A stretch of 63,104 bases of DNA, filler included, from Globobulimina sp. (taxonomy: Eukaryota), in assembly GCA_003354225.1 (NCBI GenBank). It is 15 parts of 15 records of this genome, joined end to end, with 100 filler letters (N's around TTAATTAATTAA, not from the genome) between each part and the next. Parts side by side here need not be neighbours in the genome. Positions count along the whole stretch, not along the records: positions 8,435 to 12,551 come from PIVH01001589.1; positions 12,652 to 16,768 come from PIVH01001590.1; positions 16,869 to 20,984 come from PIVH01001591.1; positions 21,085 to 25,200 come from PIVH01001592.1; 11 more parts are not named here. One strand, given 5' to 3'. This document shows positions 12,318 through 23,260 of the stretch, one piece after another. Below the pieces are notes generated by a model that did no database searches, had not been told where the DNA came from, and saw only the letters and a list, made by a program, of their open reading frames with translations. The position numbers and the translations under genes were made by a program. Within the stretch, counting starts at the first letter, position 1; each line of letters opens with the position of its first letter.

Positions 12318-12651
12318 ATTTAATAAATGTTTGAGGGTGATTGGGTCTATTAATTTGGGTCAAAATTAGGTAAAAAGTATGTATAAAAAAGTGAGTTTCT
12401 CAAATTTGAAAGCTGTGCATAAAATTGTATGCAGATTGTATACATTTGAAACGTTGGAAAGATAAAACTCAGAGAAGGGTAGCCTCAGATTACGGCTTCC
12501 ATTTAATCAGAGCAAAGGAGAGAAAAAAGAACCAATAAACGGGATCTTTCCNNNNNNNNNNNNNNNNNNNNNNNNNNNNNNNNNNNNNNNNNNNNTTAAT
12601 TAATTAANNNNNNNNNNNNNNNNNNNNNNNNNNNNNNNNNNNNNNNNNNNN

Positions 12652-13494
12652 TCATTTTGCATTTTTTTGAATTTTTTCATACATTCTGCTTTCTGTGAAT
12701 TGTACATGTGTTGAGATTAAAGGATAACAATCGTAACATACCATTTCCTGCATCTTATGTTTGAGTGTCGTTACGGTTTCAACAGCTTCAACACCATCCT
12801 TACTCTCATTACTTCCGTTGCCGCTCAGTGCAGACGCATCTGTCAGCCGTTGCTCTCGAGAATGCAAATGTGATTTATATTGTTTTGGGTCTTTCCAATG
12901 AATTATAAATTTTAATTTCTTTCGATTTAATAAATCAAATACCACATCATTATCAGTCAATTTTGCATGATTATTAAACCCCCACGCCGCCCAAAACTCA
13001 AACGGTAAATTATCATCATTCACCTTCAAAGTCTGATCATGTAACAGCGGTTGGATAAGTGTCCATAATTTATTTCGTATCTGATTCATAGTAATCTTAA
13101 TCTTACGGGAAAAGGCCACCAACAATGGATAACCTATATATTGTTGTCTCGACACTACTCGATGTTGATTATTCACCACAAAACGTTGAGAATCTTTAAT
13201 CTCAACACCATCCGGTCGCTTACAATGATAAATAAATATATCATCTGATTTCTGGCTAATATTATCCCACACATTGTCATGTCTTCGGAGCTCACGATGA
13301 ATCTTCGACTTCCATATATCACACACAAACAACTCACCCTTATCACACCCTTGCTTGAGTTGCTTCTTGGCCACACTTTCCATCAGCATGCCAATATCTG
13401 CCTCTTTCAACATCTTTTGTCCATACACGGTGGGCGGTTTACTCGTATCACTGTCAATAAATGTATACAGAATCACCCTACTGTTCATTTCCAT
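12652..13494 (-). CDS. Protein containing a USP4/11/15-like insertion (UBL-like) region, 3'-partial
   Basis: PTVYG, CDIWKSKIHREL, DDIFIY, IGYPLLV and IIHW motifs. No Cys or His box is visible. An intron near 12692-12740 suggests the gene continues past the contig edge. Confidence 0.55.
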   Translation of the reverse strand: MEMNSRVILYTFIDSDTSKPPTVYGQKMLKEADIGMLMESVAKKQLKQGCDKGELFVCDIWKSKIHRELRRHDNVWDNISQKSDDIFIYHCKRPDGVEIKDSQRFVVNNQHRVVSRQQYIGYPLLVAFSRKIKITMNQIRNKLWTLIQPLLHDQTLKVNDDNLPFEFWAAWGFNNHAKLTDNDVVFDLLNRKKLKFIIHWKDPKQYKSHLHSREQRLTDASALSGNGSNESKDGVEAVETVTTLKHKMQEMVCYDCYPLISTHVQFTESRMYEKIQKNAK

Positions 13495-13593
13495 ACGTTG
13501 ATAATTAGTTTCTTTAACAACAAACAGACGATGCCATTCAACGACTAGCTAGTACTAGTTTTGCTCTGGATATTTGGATACAGCATTTAAGCC

Positions 13594-15161
13594 ATGCAAG
13601 AGCTATTGGTATTTGGTTACAGCCAACAATTCCAAAGTCATGGTACATTAACAAGTATACCAATAGAAATTATAAACATTATATATTTATTTTACAATAA
13701 AAAGCGAATGCTAAATGAATGGATTAGTGGTGAGCTCATCAATTATAATAAGCAACGACAAATAAGACAAGGAATACATTTCAAAACCGGCAAAATATCA
13801 TTATTAATCGAAATAAATGCACAAAAAATAAGACATAGTAAAAAACGGCAAATGTTACGAGAATTTTCAATGATGAAAAAAATAAATCATCCAAATATAA
13901 TTCCCATTGTGGATATAACTCTGAATGCAGATAAATATGATCACAATGGAAAGAAAACAAAATGTATTTTATATCAATTTGATCACAAACATTACTGTCT
14001 ATTGTTTGACATTATATGTTTTATTGGTCATTTAAATGAGTATTCCTCACTTTCATATTTCAAACAAATCGTAAATGCTTTGTCTGCAATTTATGAATTC
14101 GGAATTGCACCACATAAAATAGCTGAAAAACACTTATTTTTAGATTCAAATTTTACTTTAAAGCTTATGATTGACACAGATATTCCCGCAATGCAACCAA
14201 AAAAGTGCCATCGTCGACATTGGGGCCAAACTTGCAATAAAAGTGCAAATATATTTGATTGTGGAATATTATTATTTTCAATGTATGCCGGTTTCCCACC
14301 ATTTCGGAACGCCATCGCATCCGATTGGTGGTGGGATAAATTAAGTAAAGGGTGGAAATATTTAGTTGCCTCAGAAAAGCAAAAATATCAAAAAGACAGA
14401 GACAAACACGTCGCAGCATCAACGAGGAAGATTCAATTATTTTGGAAAGCACATGAAAGGACGAGAATATTCAATGATAAGTTAAAGAATATTATTGTAA
14501 ATATGTTACATCCATATTATGAATATCGGTATAAAATAAATGACATCAAACAGCATGAATGGTATTCACAGCCATTGGAATCAAATAATATGAACAAATT
14601 GCAACAATATATGAAGGATACATTGGTCTGTTTTAAGCAGGAATATAGTTTTCGAGCACAGCTACAAAATAAACAAAACCAGTACGACAACGTCAGTTTG
14701 AGAGCATTGGAACGTATGGCAAAACAATTGGATCCATATAATGGATTTATGACAAATATGTCTGTTTTGACAGATGACTTCTTGATAAATTATGGAATGT
14801 ATCAATTTTTTACACAAATTGAACCCGCTCAGATTGCTGCCCGTTTACAAGTGTTGTTTGCTCATCGGGATGGAAGTAAATTGACTGTTTCTTGTCACGA
14901 TGCGGATATATTAATTGAATGCGTGAATATTGATAATAATGTAATATTATTATGTAAGCAATATCTGATTAAAAATGCATATTTTCTTGTTAAATTTTCA
15001 AGAGTTAAAGTTAAGTGTAATATATGTATTTCTTTTAAAACAATTAATATTATTTTATGCATTGTATTTAGGGCTCCTCCGCCAGATTTCATTTGATTAT
15101 GCAAGATATTTATCAATCGCATGAAATTATGTCAGCAATGGATTTTAATAAACCAACGTAA
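13594..15161 (+). CDS. CAMK-like pseudokinase with an N-terminal F-box-like motif and a C-terminal KA1-like domain
   Basis: HPNII, YFKQIV and AGFPPF are present but HRD and DFG are absent. An intron at 15010-15071 gives ...SRVK|GSSARF...KPT*. Confidence 0.75.
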
Positions 15162-15570
15162 AAATGTGTATATAATACAGTACAGTGCAAGGATAATTAT
15201 GTTATATTTTATCAACAGATTCATCCTCATATTTTCTTGGTAAATGTAGTCCAGCTGCAAATTTTCACTCACGAACTCAAGCCTCACTACTCATATAAAT
15301 TCATGACAAAGAAAGGTGAGTTATCAACATATATTTCATATAAATATGACAAAAAAAGGTGATGAGTCATGGCTTGGTTTCATGCAAAAAGATAACTATC
15401 ACTCTTTAATCTTTATGCAAATATCATATGATAAAAAAGATGATCGATAATATTAATTTTTATACCGTAACGGCGTAATAAACCAATTATACAGTATACG
15501 TAAACAATTATACACATTCCATTATTGATTATGAAATTATAGATTCTAACGAAAATCTCACACATACAAT

Positions 15571-16542
15571 ATGTCCAATAGAATCTCTGAGGTTAAATGC
15601 ATCAACCAATCAATAAAAAATGCTGTATTCGGATATGTGCGGGAAGCTGAATCATTGTTAAACAGCTCAACATCTATACACGTCATACCACTGATAATTC
15701 CTCACATTTGCAGTTTATACTACCATCAAAAAGAAACTTTTATTCCCTCACATGAAGCGAGTTTAATATTAAATAAAAAGAAGACCATCGTCGAATCACA
15801 CCCAACAAAGTCCCACTTACTTTATCAAGACAACCCATGTTATGGTTCATTTTTTATTCAACCAACCAATCATAAAAACTCTTTGTTTCAATGGAAAATA
15901 AAATTACTTGCTGTCAATGATAGAATTAGGATTGGAATATTTGCATCGGTTCTTGGCTCATATTATTCAATGGAAAGTAGCGGTAAATTGTATAAACACA
16001 ACACAAACTCACACACGATTTGCATCGGAAAGTGGGGAAATTATTATTGCCCACAACTCAAAACTAATGACATTGTTACCATGGAATTTAATATTAAACA
16101 CAAAACAATTCGATATTACATAAATGACATAAATCTGGGCATAGCATTCAGAAACATTCCAATGAACAAAAATTATAATTTCGGACTTGTATTAAGAAGA
16201 AACGACAAAGCAGAAATGTTGCGCTTTCAAGAAATGATTGTAAATGACGAAACAGAAGCATTTGATTGTGATATGGATACAATTGAGAGCTTATTTCAAT
16301 TAAATGTAGACATTGCTCAACTTATCATACACACACTACATACGCATACAAATGCGAATTGTAATCAAGAAATGGAATTGAAGATTAAAGATATTGTGAC
16401 TAATAATCACATCGACGCAAAACAGCTATTGAGTATGGGAAGGAAAACATTTCTTCATTTGTTGCGAAATGAAGCAAATGTAAAATTAGGTCATGGATGT
16501 AAAGCATTTAAATTCGTTGAACATTACATACTAAATCAATAA
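15571..16542 (+). CDS. F-box-like motif plus SPRY/B30.2-like domain protein
   Basis: VFGYVR...IPLII..IC.LYY at the N-terminus; WKIK..IGI and KTNDIVTMEFN...IRYYIND...GIAF...Y SPRY-like motifs. Confidence 0.75.
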   Translation: MSNRISEVKCINQSIKNAVFGYVREAESLLNSSTSIHVIPLIIPHICSLYYHQKETFIPSHEASLILNKKKTIVESHPTKSHLLYQDNPCYGSFFIQPTNHKNSLFQWKIKLLAVNDRIRIGIFASVLGSYYSMESSGKLYKHNTNSHTICIGKWGNYYCPQLKTNDIVTMEFNIKHKTIRYYINDINLGIAFRNIPMNKNYNFGLVLRRNDKAEMLRFQEMIVNDETEAFDCDMDTIESLFQLNVDIAQLIIHTLHTHTNANCNQEMELKIKDIVTNNHIDAKQLLSMGRKTFLHLLRNEANVKLGHGCKAFKFVEHYILNQ

Positions 16543-16868
16543 TTATGTATGAATCACAGCATGTAGAAAGCAAATGAAATTATCTCATTGTATACCAGAG
16601 TCGTTTGTTATTGCTTTTTGTTAAACGATGAATTTTGATACATAACCCGCCCCCCTTTGTTATTAATTGTTGGAATTCATTAATTGCTGTTTCAATGTTG
16701 GTAATGATTGAAAATGTCTAATCAATGCTTTTCTGTCTGGCAACGATTTAATTCCAAATGGTTCATTCNNNNNNNNNNNNNNNNNNNNNNNNNNNNNNNN
16801 NNNNNNNNNNNNTTAATTAATTAANNNNNNNNNNNNNNNNNNNNNNNNNNNNNNNNNNNNNNNNNNNN

Positions 16869-17487
16869 GGCCAAATGCTTTTTCTAAATCATTAATGTCA
16901 TCACAACTTGTCTTGAAATTCACATTTAATGTAACTGTGGGAGTGAGTGGTTTGATAGATACTGTTTTTGTGGTTTTATCCCATATCACGTTTACATCCA
17001 TTTGAGTGGTTGCAGTGCCTGTCGTGGTCGATGGATCATTGCGACACAGAGTCCACGTCCATAAACAGCCATATATGGGCCATGCACAGTAACCACCTTC
17101 GCGAACATAAACGGGAGCATTGATCACCACATTATATTTTGTCCATACTCGAAATCCATTGGATAGGATGCTCAATTTAATTCCATTTGGATCATCGATG
17201 GTAAATTTATGTGATCCTCGGGAGAGATATATGATATACTTTTGGCAACAGTGAGATTCGCAAATTTGTTGATCGGGAAATGTCTGCGCATTTAACCAAT
17301 CTACAGCATCTTGAATGAATTTCGCATATCTTTGAGGAGCATCTGTCAATGCATTTTGAGTGATAATATATGATGCAAAATTCAAAATGCTTGTACTATT
17401 TGCAGACGGTTCAAATGAATCGAATCCATATGAATGCCATAAAAATGAAAACCAGACAACACATCGTAAGACTGCGGAGAGCGACAT
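16869..17487 (-). CDS. Secreted hypothetical protein, 3'-partial
   Basis: Signal-peptide-like N-terminus, several Cys residues, open to the contig edge. Confidence 0.65.
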
Positions 17488-17551
17488 TGTACACTACTAG
17501 TTTTTGTAGTCCTTTTTTTGAAACATACAAAACCTTTTTAAGAAGCCAATC

Positions 17552-19639
17552 ATGTCAAATAGAACAGTTTTTGAAGAGGAATCAGTTGAGAATGATGCAT
17601 ATGAATCACAAATAAGCGCCATAGACTGCCTGAAGTCTTTATGTGTTGCGTTATGCCAATCATTATTTATAAAATTAATTATTTTGATGTTATCCTTATA
17701 TTTCGGAGGCTTAATTTGGTTTTTTTATTCCTACGCAACGAGTTGGACTCAATTATACCATCTTTGCCACGAATCCTCGACTCAATTTATAGCCAATGTT
17801 TATGACAACAAACATTATTATCAATACCCATCATTTCTTTATGACAATAAACACCAAAACAATTTAAACAATTTACATAAATGCGAATTTGATAAACAAT
17901 CCTTGGATATGCTGACCTGTGAAATGGAGCGCCAACAACAAGAAATACTGTGGTCCAAAACAAACAAAAATCGCGACCATTGTTCAAAAAACGTGCGGGA
18001 CGAACATTTGAACCACATCCAAGTACAACAAACACTTATCGATAAGCACAAACATAGCACCTTAAATGAATTATTATCCGATATAATTACAACTTCCTTC
18101 TCAGACTCCACCTTATCAATGGAATTGAATGTAAATGAAATGAAAACGGAATTTATGTTACAATATAATGACTGTAACCTGCGATCAGCGCAATACTTAA
18201 CTTCGTTTGCACCCATTTTAGGCTTTCATGTGCTATGTTTTTATTCCTTTGCGCCGCAATACTCGCAATTATTAGTCATTGCGTACCAGCACGGCTATGC
18301 AAAGCAGAAATTGCCATCCATCCCATACAAAAATAGAAGACGTTGCATTGTCCGCAATATAGTGGGTAATATGAGCAGTTATTATGTGACCAATGAATGT
18401 GAGCGAGAGCTCACATTGTCGTCGCAATCCAACCCAAAATACATATTGATATCCATCGATGTCGCAAATATAAACTCTATGCGTAAATTGCGTCGGCATT
18501 TACAAAATCACTTAATTAAAGACATCGGCTCATACGATCAGTATACCATGGAAGGCTTTGACATTTATAACAATAATCAGCAACAAAGCATGCCATACGA
18601 ACCTACAAAATCTCCAGAAACCGAGAAATTTTACGATAAGTTGGAGCTAAAAAGGAATCCGAAACGCAATGATAATAACATTCGCATCATATCACAATAC
18701 AAAAAGAACCCGTTTGGTTTATATTATCCGCATGGCGAATCCATTGAGAATATCGATATGTTGCTGCAGGATAACATGAATATTTTTTTTATGTTCGAAG
18801 GTGGCCGGTTTATGTGGCCAGGAATTAAGATTGGACACATTATTCGGTTAGGTTCCATTGGGCCAAACATTAAGTTGAAAACCATGAATATGCGGCCATT
18901 GATATTCGAGTTGAGCGGCCTGATCAGCGCAGGCGAAGTGGAATATATTTGCAATAAATCCTTACCGCGCTTCAATCGCAGCGAAGTGGGCTTGAATGAG
19001 GAGAAGAAAGTGAGCGAGTCACGCACTTGTGAGAGTGCGTGGCTTTTCGGCCAACAAGATATCATTGTCAATTCGTTGAAGAATAGGTGTTCCAAAATAT
19101 TACAAATACCTAAGAACCATATGGAGGATATGGAGGTAGTTCGGTATCAAAGCGGGCAGAGATTCGATATGCATTACGATGCATTTCAACAACACGACGC
19201 AAACTCACAACAGTCGCAGATTTTGTTACATGGCGGGTTTAAAAATAGGATTGCTACCATTTTGTACTATTTGTCTCCGGTTTGGATGAATGAGAGTTGT
19301 AACGGATACACCGTGTTCCCGCGCTATGATTTGAATATACAATTTGATGAGAATGGCATTGAGAAATATGCCAACAGGAACAGTCATGCTCAGAATAGGG
19401 AGAATATAGCGGGCGGCATTGGAACGAGTATCGTATCGCATAAAGCGTGTTGCAATGGGAAGGAGAATGAGAAACATGGTCTTAAAATAAAACCGAAAAA
19501 TGGGAAAACGATTCTGTTTTATAATATGTTAGCAAATGGTGAGTTAGATCCTGCTGCGTTGCATGGTGGATGTGTCTTAAAATATGGACAAAAATGGGCC
19601 GCCAATCAATGGATTTGGAATAGACCTTTTAATCAATAA
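17552..19639 (+). CDS. Membrane-anchored prolyl 4-hydroxylase alpha-like 2OG-Fe(II) dioxygenase
   Basis: N-terminal TM segment; VVRYQSGQRFDMHYD, RIATILYYL, GYTVFP, ALHGGC, KWAANQW. Confidence 0.9.
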   Translation: MSNRTVFEEESVENDAYESQISAIDCLKSLCVALCQSLFIKLIILMLSLYFGGLIWFFYSYATSWTQLYHLCHESSTQFIANVYDNKHYYQYPSFLYDNKHQNNLNNLHKCEFDKQSLDMLTCEMERQQQEILWSKTNKNRDHCSKNVRDEHLNHIQVQQTLIDKHKHSTLNELLSDIITTSFSDSTLSMELNVNEMKTEFMLQYNDCNLRSAQYLTSFAPILGFHVLCFYSFAPQYSQLLVIAYQHGYAKQKLPSIPYKNRRRCIVRNIVGNMSSYYVTNECERELTLSSQSNPKYILISIDVANINSMRKLRRHLQNHLIKDIGSYDQYTMEGFDIYNNNQQQSMPYEPTKSPETEKFYDKLELKRNPKRNDNNIRIISQYKKNPFGLYYPHGESIENIDMLLQDNMNIFFMFEGGRFMWPGIKIGHIIRLGSIGPNIKLKTMNMRPLIFELSGLISAGEVEYICNKSLPRFNRSEVGLNEEKKVSESRTCESAWLFGQQDIIVNSLKNRCSKILQIPKNHMEDMEVVRYQSGQRFDMHYDAFQQHDANSQQSQILLHGGFKNRIATILYYLSPVWMNESCNGYTVFPRYDLNIQFDENGIEKYANRNSHAQNRENIAGGIGTSIVSHKACCNGKENEKHGLKIKPKNGKTILFYNMLANGELDPAALHGGCVLKYGQKWAANQWIWNRPFNQ

Positions 19640-19852
19640 TTTGCTGTATTTATTTTATTTTAATTATGCCTTGTCATGTTTCATTTGCCTTAAAACGCCG
19701 TAAAAAATACTACTATCTGTTCTTTATTGTTTTAAATATCCGATAGTTGAGGTATAATTATAATATATTAATAATAATTTAAACGATATAGAGCAACACT
19801 CACACACTGAAATACAAAAACACAACACAAAAAACTATAGATTTACGTTACA

Positions 19853-20984
19853 TTACATGGGTGAATTGGGAGTCATAATATCTTGACTCATCACAACATG
19901 TTCCACTAAGCTCTCATGATAAACAGATAATTGCTTAAACTGCGCCACTTCTTTTTTATCCATCTCACGTAAACTTGAGCTTCGTTTCAAAATCAATGAG
20001 GCATTCTTTGCTGCGTCTACATAAGATAACGGATGCAAATCGGTTTCGTTTTCATTTTGACAAACAATATTTTGCTTAATGGGGGTTTTAGGTGTTAATC
20101 TCTGTTGTTCTGCAACCTCCGATATTTGCTGCATATACCAATCTGTATCGATTTCAATTTCCGTCGCACTTTTTGGATGAACAACATTAGTATTAAGTGG
20201 CGAGCCTGAATAGATTGCAGTTGCATAGCGAGAATGTTGTTTTTTGGGATCACTGGGATCGCAATTATATGACATTGTGGTTGCAACAGTTACAGTCATA
20301 TCCACCTGCGGACTCAGGGGCAATTCCAATGAAACTGGCAACTTTCCACTATCTGCAATTTGAGAGTCAGGCGCTACACTCGCATTCATATTGCGCTTAC
20401 CTTTATTCTTTTTATTCTTTTTCACAATTATTAACATATTGTACACACTAAAAACACCACAAACACAACATGCAGTGATTACAATTCCTGCCGCACCGCA
20501 TAGGATAACAAATAATTGCGACAGTCCATGGACAACATTGGTAGGTTCAGGTTGCAATAATTGAGGCGGTGAGCATTGATTATCACGGCATGACCAATCA
20601 TTTTGAATGATGCAATGTGAGCTGTAATTGGAACCGCAGTGCATTGAACCCGGAGAGTATGCAAATGTTCTTTCAGATTGGATATCGACATTTTGCCATC
20701 CGTTTATTGAATATATTTGAATTTCTCCGCGCAAATTATCGTTTCCTGTGAATGAAACCGTTGCATTCAAAGAGATGGGAGAATGGGATATGTTATGTGG
20801 ATAAAAGTACCTTTGATCAAACAATTTGTGGATAATGGACAGTATAAAGAAATATCAAAGCAGGAAGAGTTTCCTCTGCAATTGATTGTTAGTGTATTAT
20901 TGATTGGACCATGAATTTGCGTAAATGCACATGATGCGGTATCAATACAATTAACGACACAGTCTGCGTCTGGTGAACAAGTTA
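19853..20984 (-). CDS. Type I membrane protein with a Cys-rich ectodomain, 5'-partial
   Basis: Upstream exon TCSPDADCVVNCIDTASC..., then one TM helix followed by KKNKKNK. Confidence 0.7.
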
Positions 20985-21084
20985 NNNNNNNNNNNNNNNN
21001 NNNNNNNNNNNNNNNNNNNNNNNNNNNNTTAATTAATTAANNNNNNNNNNNNNNNNNNNNNNNNNNNNNNNNNNNNNNNNNNNN

Positions 21085-21692
21085 ATAATTAATGTATTTA
21101 ATTCTTTAGTATTGATTGACTGTTTTGGTTTTTTATAGTTTGAATTGGTGACAGTTAACGCCGTGATTGGATATAAATAATCAATTATTTGATGTTTATT
21201 TGTTTTTTTATGAAATGTATTTGTATCAATATTGTTATAGTCCGGTTGTAGAGTCATTATACATTTCTTTCTTCCGACATCCCAGATTCTTATGGAACAA
21301 TCAGACGATGCAGAGACTAATAATTCAATGAATGGACACTCTGAACAGTCTGATTTATTCTCATTCATATTATCCATTATGGAATGTGGTGCGAGGATTT
21401 TGGAGGAAAAAAAAGAAAATTTACAACATTGGACACGATCTTTGTGTCCTAATAATTCACCAATAAATAAAGGGTAATTCCTATCATGCGCATGCGCTGT
21501 ATATGGAATGGAAATGTTTTTATAACCATTGATATTGACGCAATAAGAAAGCATACTTTGTACAGATGGCGTAACCAGTAATAATGTAATCCAATGATGC
21601 GTTCCAATTGCAACAACTCCTTGCGATGAACAATCACATAACGAGGATTGGAACCAATTCGGAGCACTGCAAAGCATTCGAAAGCTGTCCAT
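21085..21692 (-). CDS. GEMIN5: Gemin5-like WD40 protein, N-terminal part
   Basis: MLCSAPNWF..CD...G, IGELLGHKDRV and SASSDCSIRIWDV parallel the Gemin5 N-terminus (LPPSPNWY...IGELVGHTERV...TSSDDGTVKIWDV). Confidence 0.75.
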
Positions 21693-21792
21693 CAGTCAAA
21701 ATGGTTTTTTCCTCTCAAAAACTTAGTAATACAAGAAAAATCATTACAATATTTAGAAGTTTATAGCAAGCCATGAACATGTCAATTTATAT

Positions 21793-23178
21793 TCATCGCT
21801 GTGGATCCCATACCCAAAAATTACACAACCATTTTTCACCTTCCTTCACGGGCAACGCGGCATGCAATGATAAATCATCAGCATTCCCATCCTCCAACAT
21901 TGAATAAAATAGCACAGAATTCGCCTTTCCAGGATGTAAAGCAACGCCATGTCCATTATTAGCTTTTGGAAATCTAGTCTCGCCGCCTGCATTCTCATTT
22001 AATTGATTATTCAAATAAAATAACAATGTTATCATCCTTTGATTTGGTCTTCCTGACGCACCAAAGTCATGATGTGCCGTATATTCCTGTGATACATCAT
22101 AACTTATATAGTTATAATTACTTTTGGTGCTTTACATTGTACTAATTATAAATTACTTAACTGCAACACTTGCAACTCTTCCACATTTTTATTTGGCCAC
22201 AACCACGATTCATCCAATTGCAATATATCCGCTGCTCTCCGATACAATGTATCAAAAAAATAATGATGTTTCCTTCCGATCCAGGTATTGAATGAGGTTC
22301 GCGTGGTCGATATCATACCGCCATCCTGCCCTGCTCTCGATCTTTGCAATCTGTCACCAGCTATTTGTATAATTAAATCAGCCTCTTCATCGCTTAAAGT
22401 CTGCAGACAAATTAAAAGCATTTCATGTATATACACTTTATAGATTACAAAAACATACGTTTTCTATAGTAAATACTTTAGGTTTCAGCGATACCACTTT
22501 TATGTCGAACTCGATGGGTTCGTTGTCTCTGCATTTGTGCATTTTATAATAATCATCTTTATCTGGAAAACATCTCCAATATGATTCATTTGATGAGACT
22601 TTATGAATTTGTCCGATATGATCCGCGGGCCACATTGGTAATATCGGTGGGTCGCGAGGATAGTGAGCCAACCACGGATAACCAGTACGTTGTTTATAAT
22701 CTATCATAAATTGTTGCTCTTTCAGGAATTTTTGATAGAATGGATCTTCTGCATTTTCGTTTGGTAATATATAAAGATTGTGTTCTCTGTTAACTGTAAA
22801 TCGCCATAATTCGTTAGGATTGTCATGTTTTGTCACATAAAATATATGTCCTATGTAGGAGTTTGTTGCGGTTACGCCATATGCGCGTATTCTACCTTGT
22901 AACTGGCCTTGCTGTGTGGTTGGATTCCACTGAATATATTATGTTTGTAAGTTAATGAGAAACTCGCTCAGAAAATAATCAACGTTACGTACCCAGTAAT
23001 AATCAACCATTTCATTGTAGCTGTTTCTAATTTTTATCCCATGATGGGTGGGTTGTCGCGTTGGCTCTTGTCTGGTTGTACTGCCGTCTGTATTTACCCC
23101 AACAGACTCATATTCCTATTCACATACAGTGTTTTGCACAAATATACATATGATAAATAACATATACGTAATAGGCAT
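21793..23178 (-). CDS. Prolyl 4-hydroxylase with signal peptide and an N-terminal VHL-beta-like domain; multi-exon, with an in-frame TAG at 23116-23118
   Basis: Catalytic motifs AHHDF, LLFYLN, GGETRFP, LHAALP, KWLCNFW. Exons are joined by short GT-AG introns (e.g. 22930-22992). Confidence 0.85.
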
Positions 23179-23260
23179 TGTGAATGACCGAGGTATGTTT
23201 TTAGATTAAAATGTGGTTTTCTAAAAACTTGGAAGTTATACTTAGTAAAGTAAGTAAACC

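Larger units (their letters stand above)
8435..12551 (-). mobile_element. DIRS-order (DIRS/Ngaro-like) tyrosine-recombinase retrotransposon, partial and probably degenerate
   Basis: Gag-like ORF, then RT-RNase H, then the N-terminus of a YR-like ORF, all on one strand and intronless. Confidence 0.85.

Noticed and set aside
15290-15450. Imperfect repeats of ATGACAAA.AAAGGTGA in an intergenic region
   Set aside because: Only 2-3 degenerate AT-rich copies with no regular spacers or clear termini; not enough to call an element.
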